Part shown: piece by piece, positions 16,744-26,096 of the stretch | How the letters are laid out: each line of letters begins with the position of its first letter | How positions within the stretch are numbered: the first letter of the stretch is position 1 | IMG/VR virus record: IMGVR_UViG_3300025070_000022 | Coordinates: 1 to 64,000 of that record | Length of the DNA stretch: 64,000 nt | Source: a virus | Reading direction: 5' to 3' (one strand) | Made by a program: the position numbers and the translations under genes | Notes under the pieces: model-generated | The model's database searches: none | What the model was told of the DNA's origin: nothing | What the model saw: only the letters and a program-made list of their open reading frames with translations

Positions 16744-16894
16744 AAACCCAGAATATACTAACAACAATCGAGGTCGCCCTATAGCGACCAAATGCAGAGT
16801 TTGTGGCGGCTCTTTAATAACACCACAAGACATGAAATTAGAGGCGCATGAACCCTGCCTCAAACAATACAAATCAAAAACATACATGATGTGA
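16736..16894 (+). CDS. Micro Zn-finger protein (52 aa)
   Basis: Manual translation: CRVCGG...HEPC. Confidence 0.6.
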   Translation: MSKNPEYTNNNRGRPIATKCRVCGGSLITPQDMKLEAHEPCLKQYKSKTYMM

Positions 16895-16898
16895 TAAT

Positions 16899-18188
16899 AT
16901 GCAAAGAACAATTAGATTTAATCGAGACATTACTCATGGTGGGCCGCTAACTTGTACGGTCCACTTTGAATACGAAGGGCAAATAATACAATGGACTCAG
17001 CACCAAGTAGGGTCTGTCTTCTCTTTCGACGCCAATGCTTTAGGGTCTGCTGACCCTATCTTAGAACAATGCACCTCCGCCTTTTATAGTACTCTAAAAG
17101 GAGCATATTCTAGAACCCAATGGTATAGAACTACAGCCCATTTGCGTAGAACTTTAGTGGCTGACGATATTATGTTTATCGTATCTTTCCCTACTTCCGG
17201 CCATACTGCTGAAGTCATAATCTCTAAGAAAGGTAGTTCCTATTCTATTAATGGAATTACTATGGCTAGAAAGCAAATAGCCCCTGTCTTGGCCCGTATT
17301 CTATTGGACCTTAATGCTAAGAGCAAGAGAAAGGTAATGACCTATAGAGATTGTAGAAATGTTGTCACTTCTGCGATTACAGTTCCCGAAGACATTCGAT
17401 ATGTACTAACTTCCCGACTACCTTACACTTACTATAGAGAAGGTAACACTGTCCAAGTGAGGCTAAAGGTTATGCAAATATCGGATGATGATTATGCCAT
17501 TGAGATTAGTTCTAATGTATGGGGTAAAATATCTTCAAAGAACTTATTGACTCTCATAGGATTCTATCGACACGGGAAGAAAGTCGGTAATTGGAAGTTC
17601 CTAAGCCCCAAGACTTTGTTTGAACGGCTAGTTGGTAGAGAACCTACAGACTCGGAAGTGAAACTAATGCATGCCTTCCTAGAACAAAACCGCTCGGAGA
17701 AGTTAGTACAAGAGAGAGCAATGACTTTGTTAGATGATTTGCTAAAACAATACCCTACTAGAGTCATTAGAAACGATTGTGCAGAAATGATTAGAATAAT
17801 CGTTTTGGGTAAATCTTGTGATTGGTTGCTAACTGGTAGCAAAGAATCTTTGAATCGAGTTACGATAGGCCCACAAGCAGTGGCGACTAGAACCATGTTG
17901 AATGAAACTTCTTCGGAGGGTGAAGGCTTTACTCAAATGAAGTGGGGTAGTAGTATTTGTATTAATACTGGAGGGAAGAACCCTTCCCTTGGCGACCAAT
18001 TTGCATCTAGAATTCTTTCCCTATTGAATGATACTATTACAATAGGTAGGGTTAGTACTCTAAGTTCTTACCTACACAAAGAGAAACCTAGGTTGGTTTT
18101 TGAGAATTTGAAAACCCGTCACTTTGCTAGTGATTTTAATGGAGATGTAAATAATGAATTGCTTAGAATGCCAGTCGAAGAAGTTTAG
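16899..18188 (+). CDS. Hypothetical protein; C-terminal domain is a candidate E2/UBC-like fold
   Basis: 429 aa; WGSSICINTG recalls the E2 G-x-IC catalytic-Cys segment (weak). Confidence 0.55.
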   Translation: MQRTIRFNRDITHGGPLTCTVHFEYEGQIIQWTQHQVGSVFSFDANALGSADPILEQCTSAFYSTLKGAYSRTQWYRTTAHLRRTLVADDIMFIVSFPTSGHTAEVIISKKGSSYSINGITMARKQIAPVLARILLDLNAKSKRKVMTYRDCRNVVTSAITVPEDIRYVLTSRLPYTYYREGNTVQVRLKVMQISDDDYAIEISSNVWGKISSKNLLTLIGFYRHGKKVGNWKFLSPKTLFERLVGREPTDSEVKLMHAFLEQNRSEKLVQERAMTLLDDLLKQYPTRVIRNDCAEMIRIIVLGKSCDWLLTGSKESLNRVTIGPQAVATRTMLNETSSEGEGFTQMKWGSSICINTGGKNPSLGDQFASRILSLLNDTITIGRVSTLSSYLHKEKPRLVFENLKTRHFASDFNGDVNNELLRMPVEEV

Positions 18189-19020
18189 TTTTGATGAGAA
18201 TTTAGGTGAAATGATTTGTGTAGATTGTGGCTTAGTTATGGTCACAGAACCCTTTGAGCAAGGCGTGTATTTACAAGATAACCAAGGCTCCATAATTAGG
18301 GAGAGATGGTCTTCCAATCTACATGAAATGGGACTACAAACAATAAAGAAAAAGACCATATCCTTCGCTCAAATTGAAAACAAAGCAGTGTATAAAGGAG
18401 TTTCAATGTGTAGGCTATTAATGGCTTCTCTAAAGATACCAAGGACTTCTGTCGTCTTTACTTCAGTCGAGGAACTGTATTTGTCATTATACCGAAGACA
18501 TACCTTCACTACAATACCTCTTGAAGATAGGGCGGCGGCACTAGTCTACTATTCTTTGAAGAATGAAGCACTGCCTTTCACGCTAAAAGAAGTGTGTGCA
18601 GAATTCGAGTGTAATAAGAGACTCGTATTTAAGTTGGCTAGGAAAATAGCAAAGGAAGAAAACAATACGGGAGTATTCCTAATAAAAGAATGTAGACCAT
18701 TTGCTGAAAAATATGCTATGTTGTTAGTAGAAGAACTAACCCACTACCCTTCTTATCTAAGAAAGGTTTCGCAGTTATCAATTTATTTTGATAACTTACT
18801 CTCTAAATCTAGTGAGAACATAAAACCAAGCACTCCAGCCGCCTACTGTTCTATTGTGGCTACTATGGAGAACATGAACATAACGAACAAGAAAATAGAA
18901 TCGGTTAGTGGTATTGGGTATGATGCCATTGGCCGAGAAGCCAAGAGACTTCTAAAAATAATTAATACCAATAAAAAACAAATAAAAGGAAAGGGAATAG
19001 AATGCCTAGAAAAATACTAA
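18154..19020 (+). CDS. tfb: Transcription factor B (TFIIB/TFB) homolog
   Basis: CLECQS...DENLGEMICVDCGLV Zn ribbon; AAALVYYS and PAAYCSIV cyclin-repeat helices. Confidence 0.85.
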   Translation: MNCLECQSKKFSFDENLGEMICVDCGLVMVTEPFEQGVYLQDNQGSIIRERWSSNLHEMGLQTIKKKTISFAQIENKAVYKGVSMCRLLMASLKIPRTSVVFTSVEELYLSLYRRHTFTTIPLEDRAAALVYYSLKNEALPFTLKEVCAEFECNKRLVFKLARKIAKEENNTGVFLIKECRPFAEKYAMLLVEELTHYPSYLRKVSQLSIYFDNLLSKSSENIKPSTPAAYCSIVATMENMNITNKKIESVSGIGYDAIGREAKRLLKIINTNKKQIKGKGIECLEKY

Positions 19021-19595
19021 TAATCGGAGCCGGTGGAATTGGGAGTTATCTCATTGACACCTTGAACAACCTAACAGGAAATGGAAGTTACGAGCGGGAA
19101 CTCTACGAGATTACCGTAAGCGACCCCGACACTGTAGAAGAAAAGAATGTGACATACCAACGCTTTACAACAGATAATGTTGGAAAGAACAAAGCGTTTG
19201 TTATGAAGTCTAACTATGAACAAGTAAAGATTGGAAACAAATATCCAATTTTAGTTGACGACCAATTGAAAGGATATGACCTAGTGGTTTGTTGCGTTGA
19301 TAATTTGAACACACGACGCATGCTATACAAGGCAAATGTAGAAGAAGTAAAGTGGCTAGACCTTCGTTCACAAGGAAGAAACGCCGCAATGATTTCTTAC
19401 TTAGCAGAACCAAACACCTATGATTCGCTATTGGCTGGTCCGGATGGTTCTTTCTCATGTCAAGGAGATTCTTGGGATGGTAGCAAGGAAGGTATTCATT
19501 TCATGCATGCTGTAATTGCTAGTATAGGCGCACAGTGGATACAACGCTGGTTTGTTGGAGAGAGTGTTAATGCGTTTATGGTGGTGAATGTATGA
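19002..19595 (+). CDS. ThiF/MoeB/E1-like activating enzyme
   Basis: IIGAGGIGS, DPDTVEEKN..Q, K in GKNKA, DLVVCCVDN..R; candidate catalytic Cys in SFSCQ. Confidence 0.88.
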   Translation: MPRKILIIGAGGIGSYLIDTLNNLTGNGSYERELYEITVSDPDTVEEKNVTYQRFTTDNVGKNKAFVMKSNYEQVKIGNKYPILVDDQLKGYDLVVCCVDNLNTRRMLYKANVEEVKWLDLRSQGRNAAMISYLAEPNTYDSLLAGPDGSFSCQGDSWDGSKEGIHFMHAVIASIGAQWIQRWFVGESVNAFMVVNV

Positions 19596-19849
19596 AGTGT
19601 TGTGTTTGTAAAGGCGACATACAAGAGCATAGTCACAACGGTAAAGTCTATTGGACGGAAGGGCATAACGCACAACCTTTGGTAGATGGCCGTTGCTGTG
19701 ACGATTGTAATAATTATGTGGTCGGATTTAGAATATTCTGTTTCACCAATCAATCTTTAAATAAAGAAGAATGGGGAATACAAAAACTACGATACATACA
19801 AGCGGCAGTTCAAGAGCAACTAATTAGAAGTAAGGAGGAAGAGGAATGA
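19592..19849 (+). CDS. Small Zn-finger protein
   Basis: CCVC...GHNAQP...GRCCDDCN. Confidence 0.7.
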   Translation: MKCCVCKGDIQEHSHNGKVYWTEGHNAQPLVDGRCCDDCNNYVVGFRIFCFTNQSLNKEEWGIQKLRYIQAAVQEQLIRSKEEEE

Positions 19850-20436
19850 GTAGAAGCGGAGATTGGTACATAAAAGTACACGGAGAAGACGACGATAGAC
19901 ATGACTGGGGTGAAGCAGAAGCAGACCACGAAGCGCACTGTCAAGGTCTAATCGAGAAATTGATTAGAGATGGTTTTGATGGCGATTGGTCAGCAGTAGC
20001 ATTTCACAATTCTATTTGGGAGGCATCTACTGAAATTCTTAATGGATTGGAAGTACAAGTTGTTGTAGATGGTAAAGATAATCTACACATTTCTTTTGGT
20101 ACTGCTGGTTTTGTTTCCTTCAAGGTTGACCCTGTTGGAATGACTCTACCGATTAAGTGCTGGATTCATACTCACCCTTTCGGCTCTGCTTACTTTAGTG
20201 GTACTGACTGGAATACAGTTGGCAAGTGGGAGCCTTTGATGCACAATGCTATTGTTCTAGGTGGCATAGGTCACTATGGCATTTGGAATAATAAGCACCC
20301 CAAACATCTTGACATCTATCGTAATTTTGAATACGACAGAAGGCAACATAAGCGAGAATACAAACCTGCTGAAATTAAAACGACTATCAATGAAATGCTA
20401 CTAGAGAAGAATTGGGATAGAGGTGAAGAAGAATGA
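19846..20436 (+). CDS. JAB/MPN+ (JAMM) metalloprotease
   Basis: E(VQV)...WIHTHPFGSAYFSGTD = E-Xn-HxH-X7-S-X2-D. Confidence 0.88.
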   Translation: MSRSGDWYIKVHGEDDDRHDWGEAEADHEAHCQGLIEKLIRDGFDGDWSAVAFHNSIWEASTEILNGLEVQVVVDGKDNLHISFGTAGFVSFKVDPVGMTLPIKCWIHTHPFGSAYFSGTDWNTVGKWEPLMHNAIVLGGIGHYGIWNNKHPKHLDIYRNFEYDRRQHKREYKPAEIKTTINEMLLEKNWDRGEEE

Positions 20437-20573
20437 AGCAAAGCGAAGCAGAGAACATGGACGATGAAGATTTTAGAGAATGGTGGATAAACGAAGTGAG
20501 TGGTATTCCCAAAGGCGAATTGATTCAACTGTTTATGACTGTCGAATGGCAACTCATAGAGGTGGATAAATGA
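20433..20573 (+). CDS. Micro-ORF (46 aa)
   Basis: MKQSEAENMDDEDFREWWINEV...; ATGA overlaps at both ends. Confidence 0.55.
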   Translation: MKQSEAENMDDEDFREWWINEVSGIPKGELIQLFMTVEWQLIEVDK

Positions 20574-21160
20574 ATATATTTGCATTAACCAAAGACCCAG
20601 TACTATCAGCACAACAGATGTTAGACAAGCATGTGGTAAAAATGCCAACAGAAAGTTGTCAAATGTTGCACACAAACAGTCTGTATTTCCATTACAAAAG
20701 CGTTTATGGTACAGAACCTTCTCTCAAAGAATTGAAAGAATTTCATGTATTCATCAACTCTAAATTGATGAAGCCAGCCATGCTCAATCATCCTAGCACT
20801 ATTTGGGCAAGAACAACAAAGGCTAACTACATGTGGCTCTACAAACATGCCATTGCTCTATGTAAAGAATACACATTTAGGTATGGTAAGATTCACGGTA
20901 CAGAAAAAAGAATTGGCGACAGTTTCACTTTCTCTTATGAAGAAGAGGACTTAACTCCTGTGTCTATTGCTATGGCTGATATTTACCGTCTACCAAAGGA
21001 AAGACACAGTTGGGACTTTGTTATCAAGTCTTATCGTCACTATTACCTACAAGGTAAGTGGGACTTTGCTACTTGGAAAAAAGATAGAAGACCGGAATGG
21101 TGGCCCGAAAATCACTATCATAATATGATAAAGAATAGAAAACCCTTTGGAGGTAATTGA
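20570..21160 (+). CDS. Pyrimidine-dimer DNA glycosylase-like (DenV/Pyr_excise family) protein
   Basis: MNIF...DKHVVKM..ES.QML, NHPSTIWAR, EYT.RYGKIH. Confidence 0.75.
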   Translation: MNIFALTKDPVLSAQQMLDKHVVKMPTESCQMLHTNSLYFHYKSVYGTEPSLKELKEFHVFINSKLMKPAMLNHPSTIWARTTKANYMWLYKHAIALCKEYTFRYGKIHGTEKRIGDSFTFSYEEEDLTPVSIAMADIYRLPKERHSWDFVIKSYRHYYLQGKWDFATWKKDRRPEWWPENHYHNMIKNRKPFGGN

Positions 21161-21161
21161 A

Positions 21162-21380
21162 ATGGAATATACACATGAAGATATTGGAAAAATAGTTGAA
21201 GTCACAGCATCCGATGGAACTTACATTGATGAAAGAGTTGTCACAGTACATTGTTCTGTTTGTGGTGCTTCTTTCATTGGGTTGATACGACACGCCGGAG
21301 GGTTTCTCGCTGGCCATACTGCCTTCCATACTTGGGAATTTCAAATGGAAATGGAAGCAGACAATGGAATGACTACTTGA
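21162..21380 (+). CDS. Small Zn-finger protein
   Basis: CSVCG...H...H. Confidence 0.65.
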   Translation: MEYTHEDIGKIVEVTASDGTYIDERVVTVHCSVCGASFIGLIRHAGGFLAGHTAFHTWEFQMEMEADNGMTT

Positions 21381-21417
21381 TGTTGTAGGTTAAATACTGA
21401 AAGGAGATGAGATAATT

Positions 21418-21636
21418 ATGAAGGCAATTGGAAATTGGGTGATACTGAAAACACAAGAAGAAGTTAGCGGTAGCGGCATTGTTTCTATAAATGATAATAT
21501 TTGTTTGGTTGTTGACTGCAACTATGATGATAGTATTGTTGGAAAGAAAGCAATCTACAATGCTAGTGGCAACCACTTCACTTACAATGAATTCATCATC
21601 GTTGAATGGAAGGACATTATGGCGGTGGTTGAGTGA
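21418..21636 (+). CDS. groES: GroES-like co-chaperonin
   Basis: MKAIGNWVIL...SGSGIV mobile-loop pattern, DIMAVVE end; directly upstream of groEL. Confidence 0.7.
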   Translation: MKAIGNWVILKTQEEVSGSGIVSINDNICLVVDCNYDDSIVGKKAIYNASGNHFTYNEFIIVEWKDIMAVVE

Positions 21637-23171
21637 TTCTAAACGGTAAAGAAGTTGGAGAGAAATTGCTAGAAGGTATTAGTTTAGTCGCTGATACTGT
21701 AGCCCCAACATTCGGGCCACAGGCCAAGACTGTAATCCTACAAGGTAATCCTCCAGTCGTAATCAATGACGGCGTTACTATCACTAAGTATGTGCGTTCC
21801 GAAGACCCATATGCTCAGTTGGGAGTCCAACTTGTTCAAGACTTAGCATCAAAGGCTCAATCAAAAGCCGGTGACGGAACAACCACTGCTTGTATTTTGG
21901 CTAGAGCATTATGCAAATCACTACATGAATTTAGAGATGCTAGAAGCATCCACGAATGGAGAACATACCTAACAGATGTTAGAGATGGTCTTCTATCTTA
22001 TTTGGATGATAGTAGTATTCCTGTCACCGACGATGATATTCAAAAGATTGCTACTATTGCGGCCAACAATGATGAAAAACTAGGCGAACTTATTGCTGAG
22101 GTTTTCAAAGCAGTTGGTAGAAACGGAGTAGTTTCTGTCGAAGAAAGTTTAGACTTGAATACTTCCTTTGAGATTAAGGAAGGACTAGAATTAGAGAGTG
22201 GTTACATTAGCCACTTGTTTGCTAATCGAGATAACGGAGATTGTGTTTTAGAGAATCCACTCATCTTATCCACTAACAAAATCATTAGAAAGTTCCAAGA
22301 CATTTTACCTGCTTGTGAATATGCTTCACAGAAAGGAAGACCCCTACTACTAGTTTGTAGGGGACTACAGAACATGGCTTTACAGAATGTCTTGTTGAAT
22401 GTAGCCCAAGGTAGACTCGATGTAGGAGTTATCGAAACTCCCAATTATGGAGATGCACAATTGGATGAACTCAAAGACTTGATAGCCGTTGTTGGTGGTA
22501 AAGCCTATTCCGATGAAGCAGACGACGACCTAAGAATAGTCAACGAGAATACCCTAGGTAGTTGTTCTAAAGTTGTTATTGATAAAGTCAAGACTACTAT
22601 TGTTGGAGGTAACGGAGGAGAGGCAGTTGTTGAAAGAATAGAAGCCTTGAGAAAACTTCACGAATTGGGTACGAATGAATTTGTGAAGGAAAGCATCTCT
22701 AAGAGAATCTCTAGGCTTAGTGGAGGTATCGCAGTAATCCGTGTGGGTGCTGGTTCATCCGTTGAAATGAGAGATACTAAAGAAAGACTTGATGATGCAC
22801 TCAACGCAACTAAGGCCGCTCTAGACGGCGGCTATATTGTAGGTGGTGGACTTACTATCCTAAAGTTCCAAACCCATTGGCCCCAAGAAAAACCTGTTGA
22901 CTATAGAATGTCAATGGCAACACTTCTATCTCCAATAGATACGCTCATGGGTAATAGTGAGTTTCCTCTAGCCGAATATGATATTGTAATTAATAGATGG
23001 ATTGAGGATAAAGAAGGCTGGCAAGGATTCAATGCTAAGGAAGTCACCATTAGTGATTTATTGATTGATGGAATCATTGACCCAACTCTTGTAACAAAGA
23101 GTAGTGTGTCTGCGGCCTTCTCTATTGCCATGATGTTTTTAACAACCGATGTAGCAGTTCTTCTTGAGTGA
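21633..23171 (+). CDS. groEL: Group I chaperonin GroEL
   Basis: TFGP, INDGVTI, AGDGTTTA, KERLDDALNATKAA, GIIDP. Confidence 0.95.
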   Translation: MILNGKEVGEKLLEGISLVADTVAPTFGPQAKTVILQGNPPVVINDGVTITKYVRSEDPYAQLGVQLVQDLASKAQSKAGDGTTTACILARALCKSLHEFRDARSIHEWRTYLTDVRDGLLSYLDDSSIPVTDDDIQKIATIAANNDEKLGELIAEVFKAVGRNGVVSVEESLDLNTSFEIKEGLELESGYISHLFANRDNGDCVLENPLILSTNKIIRKFQDILPACEYASQKGRPLLLVCRGLQNMALQNVLLNVAQGRLDVGVIETPNYGDAQLDELKDLIAVVGGKAYSDEADDDLRIVNENTLGSCSKVVIDKVKTTIVGGNGGEAVVERIEALRKLHELGTNEFVKESISKRISRLSGGIAVIRVGAGSSVEMRDTKERLDDALNATKAALDGGYIVGGGLTILKFQTHWPQEKPVDYRMSMATLLSPIDTLMGNSEFPLAEYDIVINRWIEDKEGWQGFNAKEVTISDLLIDGIIDPTLVTKSSVSAAFSIAMMFLTTDVAVLLE

Positions 23172-23574
23172 TACTATGAAGAGAGCCGTGACTGTAACAT
23201 TACCCGCCCCCTATGCGGCAGAAATAGCCTGTCCTATATGTGAGGGAAATAAATGTCTTGTTTGTAAAATGACAGGAACAATGAAGATTAATGTTGCACC
23301 AAAGATACCGATACAAAGAGCGCACATCATCAAGTATGTTGTTGATAACTTAGTAGAAGTATCCGCAGAAGTCACACGAATGTACGGTCTAGTTCCGGAG
23401 ATAAATACTACTGAAATGGTCGAAGTCAATGGAGAGCAATATGAGATTGTTCAAATCTCCAGTATAGGTGGGGCGTGTTGGATTGCTAATTGTTTATCTA
23501 ATTTAGAATCCCCCCAATATTTCACTAGCAGAAAGACCCTTTCTACATTTAAGGAGGGGATGCAAATTGAGTGA
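23164..23574 (+). CDS. Zn-finger hypothetical protein
   Basis: CPICEGNKCLVCKMTG (DnaJ-like Cys repeats). Confidence 0.7.
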   Translation: MSDTMKRAVTVTLPAPYAAEIACPICEGNKCLVCKMTGTMKINVAPKIPIQRAHIIKYVVDNLVEVSAEVTRMYGLVPEINTTEMVEVNGEQYEIVQISSIGGACWIANCLSNLESPQYFTSRKTLSTFKEGMQIE

Positions 23575-23773
23575 ACTGACATTCGTAGGAGAGATACCTA
23601 GAAACAGCGAAGACTCGATAAGAGTCTACCAAGGACAGTATTGGAAGATTGATGTAATAGATTGTCGTTGGTATAACAATGATAAACCTACTAGAAAGGG
23701 AATACGAATGAACAAAGAGGAAGCCTTACTTCTATATCATATGCTAGGAGAAATATTGGAGGAAGACAAATGA
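23567..23773 (+). CDS. PC4/p15-like ssDNA-binding protein
   Basis: IRV...Y...VIDCRWY...KPTRKGI pattern. Confidence 0.75.
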   Translation: MSELTFVGEIPRNSEDSIRVYQGQYWKIDVIDCRWYNNDKPTRKGIRMNKEEALLLYHMLGEILEEDK

Positions 23774-24129
23774 GAACACTAAAAAATAGAGCAAGACAAA
23801 AAAACTTCGTAAGTTGGTGCAAGACTGTTGAATCATCAGCAGAACTGCCCTCTCAAGAGAGAGCCGCCTTCGTAGACTCTTGGCCTACAGTTGCTAACAC
23901 AAATGATTTGATACGAGGGGCTTTTGTTTCCCACTGGAGTTTAATTTTAGGCGGAGAGATAAACCACATAGCACTGCCTGTCACCATCGGAACGCTAACT
24001 TTTATGCAATACGCCGCAGACCAACAGGGACTTAACGACTTATCACAAACAATCAATACCATGATTGCCAACATACCTAGAATACACAACAAGATTCTTT
24101 CGGATGGGGAAGATAATGAAGAAGAGTGA
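23770..24129 (+). CDS. Hypothetical protein
   Basis: ORF track. Confidence 0.7.
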   Translation: MRTLKNRARQKNFVSWCKTVESSAELPSQERAAFVDSWPTVANTNDLIRGAFVSHWSLILGGEINHIALPVTIGTLTFMQYAADQQGLNDLSQTINTMIANIPRIHNKILSDGEDNEEE

Positions 24130-24361
24130 GTGGGTTGAACTAGCAAGTTATCTTTGGTTTCTTAAAAAAATGAAACAGGGAAGACACGAACACATTGAGG
24201 AATTAATAAAACTCGTAAATGCTAGAATATTTACTGCTGGAATAGAAGAAGTAAGGGTGGAAGATAATGACGATGAGCCACCTAGCAAGACTTTGCGAAA
24301 CGATGCAGAAAAAAACATCAGCACAACAGACTCGTCTAATTCTTCAAGCGTTTGGTTCTAA
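24116..24361 (+). CDS. Hypothetical protein (overlaps ligase 5' end)
   Basis: ORF track. Confidence 0.45.
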   Translation: MKKSEWVELASYLWFLKKMKQGRHEHIEELIKLVNARIFTAGIEEVRVEDNDDEPPSKTLRNDAEKNISTTDSSNSSSVWF

Positions 24362-25772
24362 GCACATTCAACCACTACAACTTTTAAAGATACTAACTCT
24401 AGATTTAGAAAGTTCTAATATTGGTAAGCACAAAACAAAGAAGTGGATTTGTGAACACTTTGGTATATTTATAGAAGAGTTGGAAATATACGGAGATGAT
24501 TTGGGAAGAGCCGTATTCAATCTAGAAAGAGATAAACAGAAGACAGCCGACTATAGCCTAAATATGGTTATGCGACTCTTAGAAATGGATTCTAGACAGA
24601 AAGGTTCCTTTGAATTATTCTCCGAAGTTCTAGAAAGCCTATCTTCTATTGAAAGAAAATGGTTCATTTCTTTTTGGGTTAGAGAGCCTAAACTAAAGAT
24701 GGACAGAAAAAGAATCGTAGTCAATACCCTAAGCAAGTATTTTAATTTAGAACGCTCTTTAGTAGAAAAAGATTCCAAGATGCACGAACTAGATACTATG
24801 TATCATGCCTATTCTAATGATAGGAAATTAAGAAATGAATCAACTCATGGGTTGTTCATACCACCTATGTCAGCAAAGTCAAATACTAAGTGGAGCAAGT
24901 ATATACAACCTACTAATTCTATTTGTGAATACAGGTATGGTGGCATAAAAATACAGATTCATAAGAAAAAGAATAATATTATCTTCTTCAACAGAAAGGG
25001 CAAAATACTCACCTTGCCTAAGAGAATTAAGAGTTACATAGCCGACTACCCATCCGACTTCATTTTGGAGGCTGAACTCTATTGTGTAGACTCAGATGAA
25101 AAACCGCTAGACTACTATGAAGTGTTGAAGGTACTTCACAACAACCATGCTCAAACACAGGACTCTCTAAGGTATGTAATATTAGACTGCCTATCAAAGA
25201 ACGGAAGATGTATGATGAATGCGCCCTTCTCGGATAGGCTCAAGGCACTAGAAGAACTACCATGTCCTCCAACTAGGTCGGAAGAAAACGAGCCGTCTAA
25301 GGCGTTCTACAACCAAGCAATTAGTGATGGGTTCGATGGCATCCTCATTAGAGATTTAGATAGTAAGTACTATCCCAATGAAAATAGCGTAGCCGTCGTC
25401 ATACACTCTCCTCCTAGAATAGACTTGAACTTGGTAGTTGTAGGGGCAAAGGTAGATGACAAGAATGGCTTCTCAAGTTTTGAAGTGGCCTGTAGAAAGG
25501 AAAACGGATATGTTTCACTTGGTTATGTTTCTGGACTTTCTACAATAAATCACAAATTACTTTCTAATATGCTAAGGAAGATAGTTTCTTCGTTTAAGAA
25601 TAAAAAGTATTCTTTCTTACCTAGAGTAGTTTTGCATGTGAAAGCAGAAATAATAATGAAAAAGGATGATAAATACTCCCTAAGACTATCTAGAATACAT
25701 GCAATAAGAACTGATAAGTATGCGATAGACTCTAGTACAATTCAAGAAGTTGATGCCATAGGGGGGTTTTAA
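24267..25772 (+). CDS. ATP-dependent DNA ligase homolog with degenerate catalytic motifs
   Basis: DBD-NTase-OB layout; motif I reads EYRYGG instead of EYKYDG; ILEAEL; DGILIRD. Confidence 0.8.
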   Translation: MTMSHLARLCETMQKKTSAQQTRLILQAFGSKHIQPLQLLKILTLDLESSNIGKHKTKKWICEHFGIFIEELEIYGDDLGRAVFNLERDKQKTADYSLNMVMRLLEMDSRQKGSFELFSEVLESLSSIERKWFISFWVREPKLKMDRKRIVVNTLSKYFNLERSLVEKDSKMHELDTMYHAYSNDRKLRNESTHGLFIPPMSAKSNTKWSKYIQPTNSICEYRYGGIKIQIHKKKNNIIFFNRKGKILTLPKRIKSYIADYPSDFILEAELYCVDSDEKPLDYYEVLKVLHNNHAQTQDSLRYVILDCLSKNGRCMMNAPFSDRLKALEELPCPPTRSEENEPSKAFYNQAISDGFDGILIRDLDSKYYPNENSVAVVIHSPPRIDLNLVVVGAKVDDKNGFSSFEVACRKENGYVSLGYVSGLSTINHKLLSNMLRKIVSSFKNKKYSFLPRVVLHVKAEIIMKKDDKYSLRLSRIHAIRTDKYAIDSSTIQEVDAIGGF

Positions 25773-25793
25773 ATTAATTCTATTGCAGAAGAT

Positions 25794-26096
25794 ATGATTC
25801 GCAGATACGGAGAGGCGACTCAATTCGTATTTGGTTTAGATAAAGAAATGAGGGCTAGAGATGCTTTCTTAATAGGAAAGGTCAACAGTGAAATGATGGA
25901 AAGAAGAGAAATGAAAGCCAAGAGTACTGTCCACTTAGAAGAGATTAGCAATGGGGTTGGCCCCTACGAAGGATATATGGTGCTTACGATAGCAGGAAAT
26001 CAATTAGATTCGGAAGCGTTTATTCTAGCCAATGTAGTTTCAACCATACAGCAGAACTATGAATACATAGGAGCAGTGGTTCGTAGTGCTGAATAA
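25794..26096 (+). CDS. Hypothetical protein
   Basis: ORF track. Confidence 0.65.
   Translation: MIRRYGEATQFVFGLDKEMRARDAFLIGKVNSEMMERREMKAKSTVHLEEISNGVGPYEGYMVLTIAGNQLDSEAFILANVVSTIQQNYEYIGAVVRSAE

Noticed and set aside
19002-19595. ThiF/MoeB as an auxiliary thiamine or molybdopterin gene
   Set aside because: No other pathway genes; JAMM and a GG-extended Ubl point to conjugation
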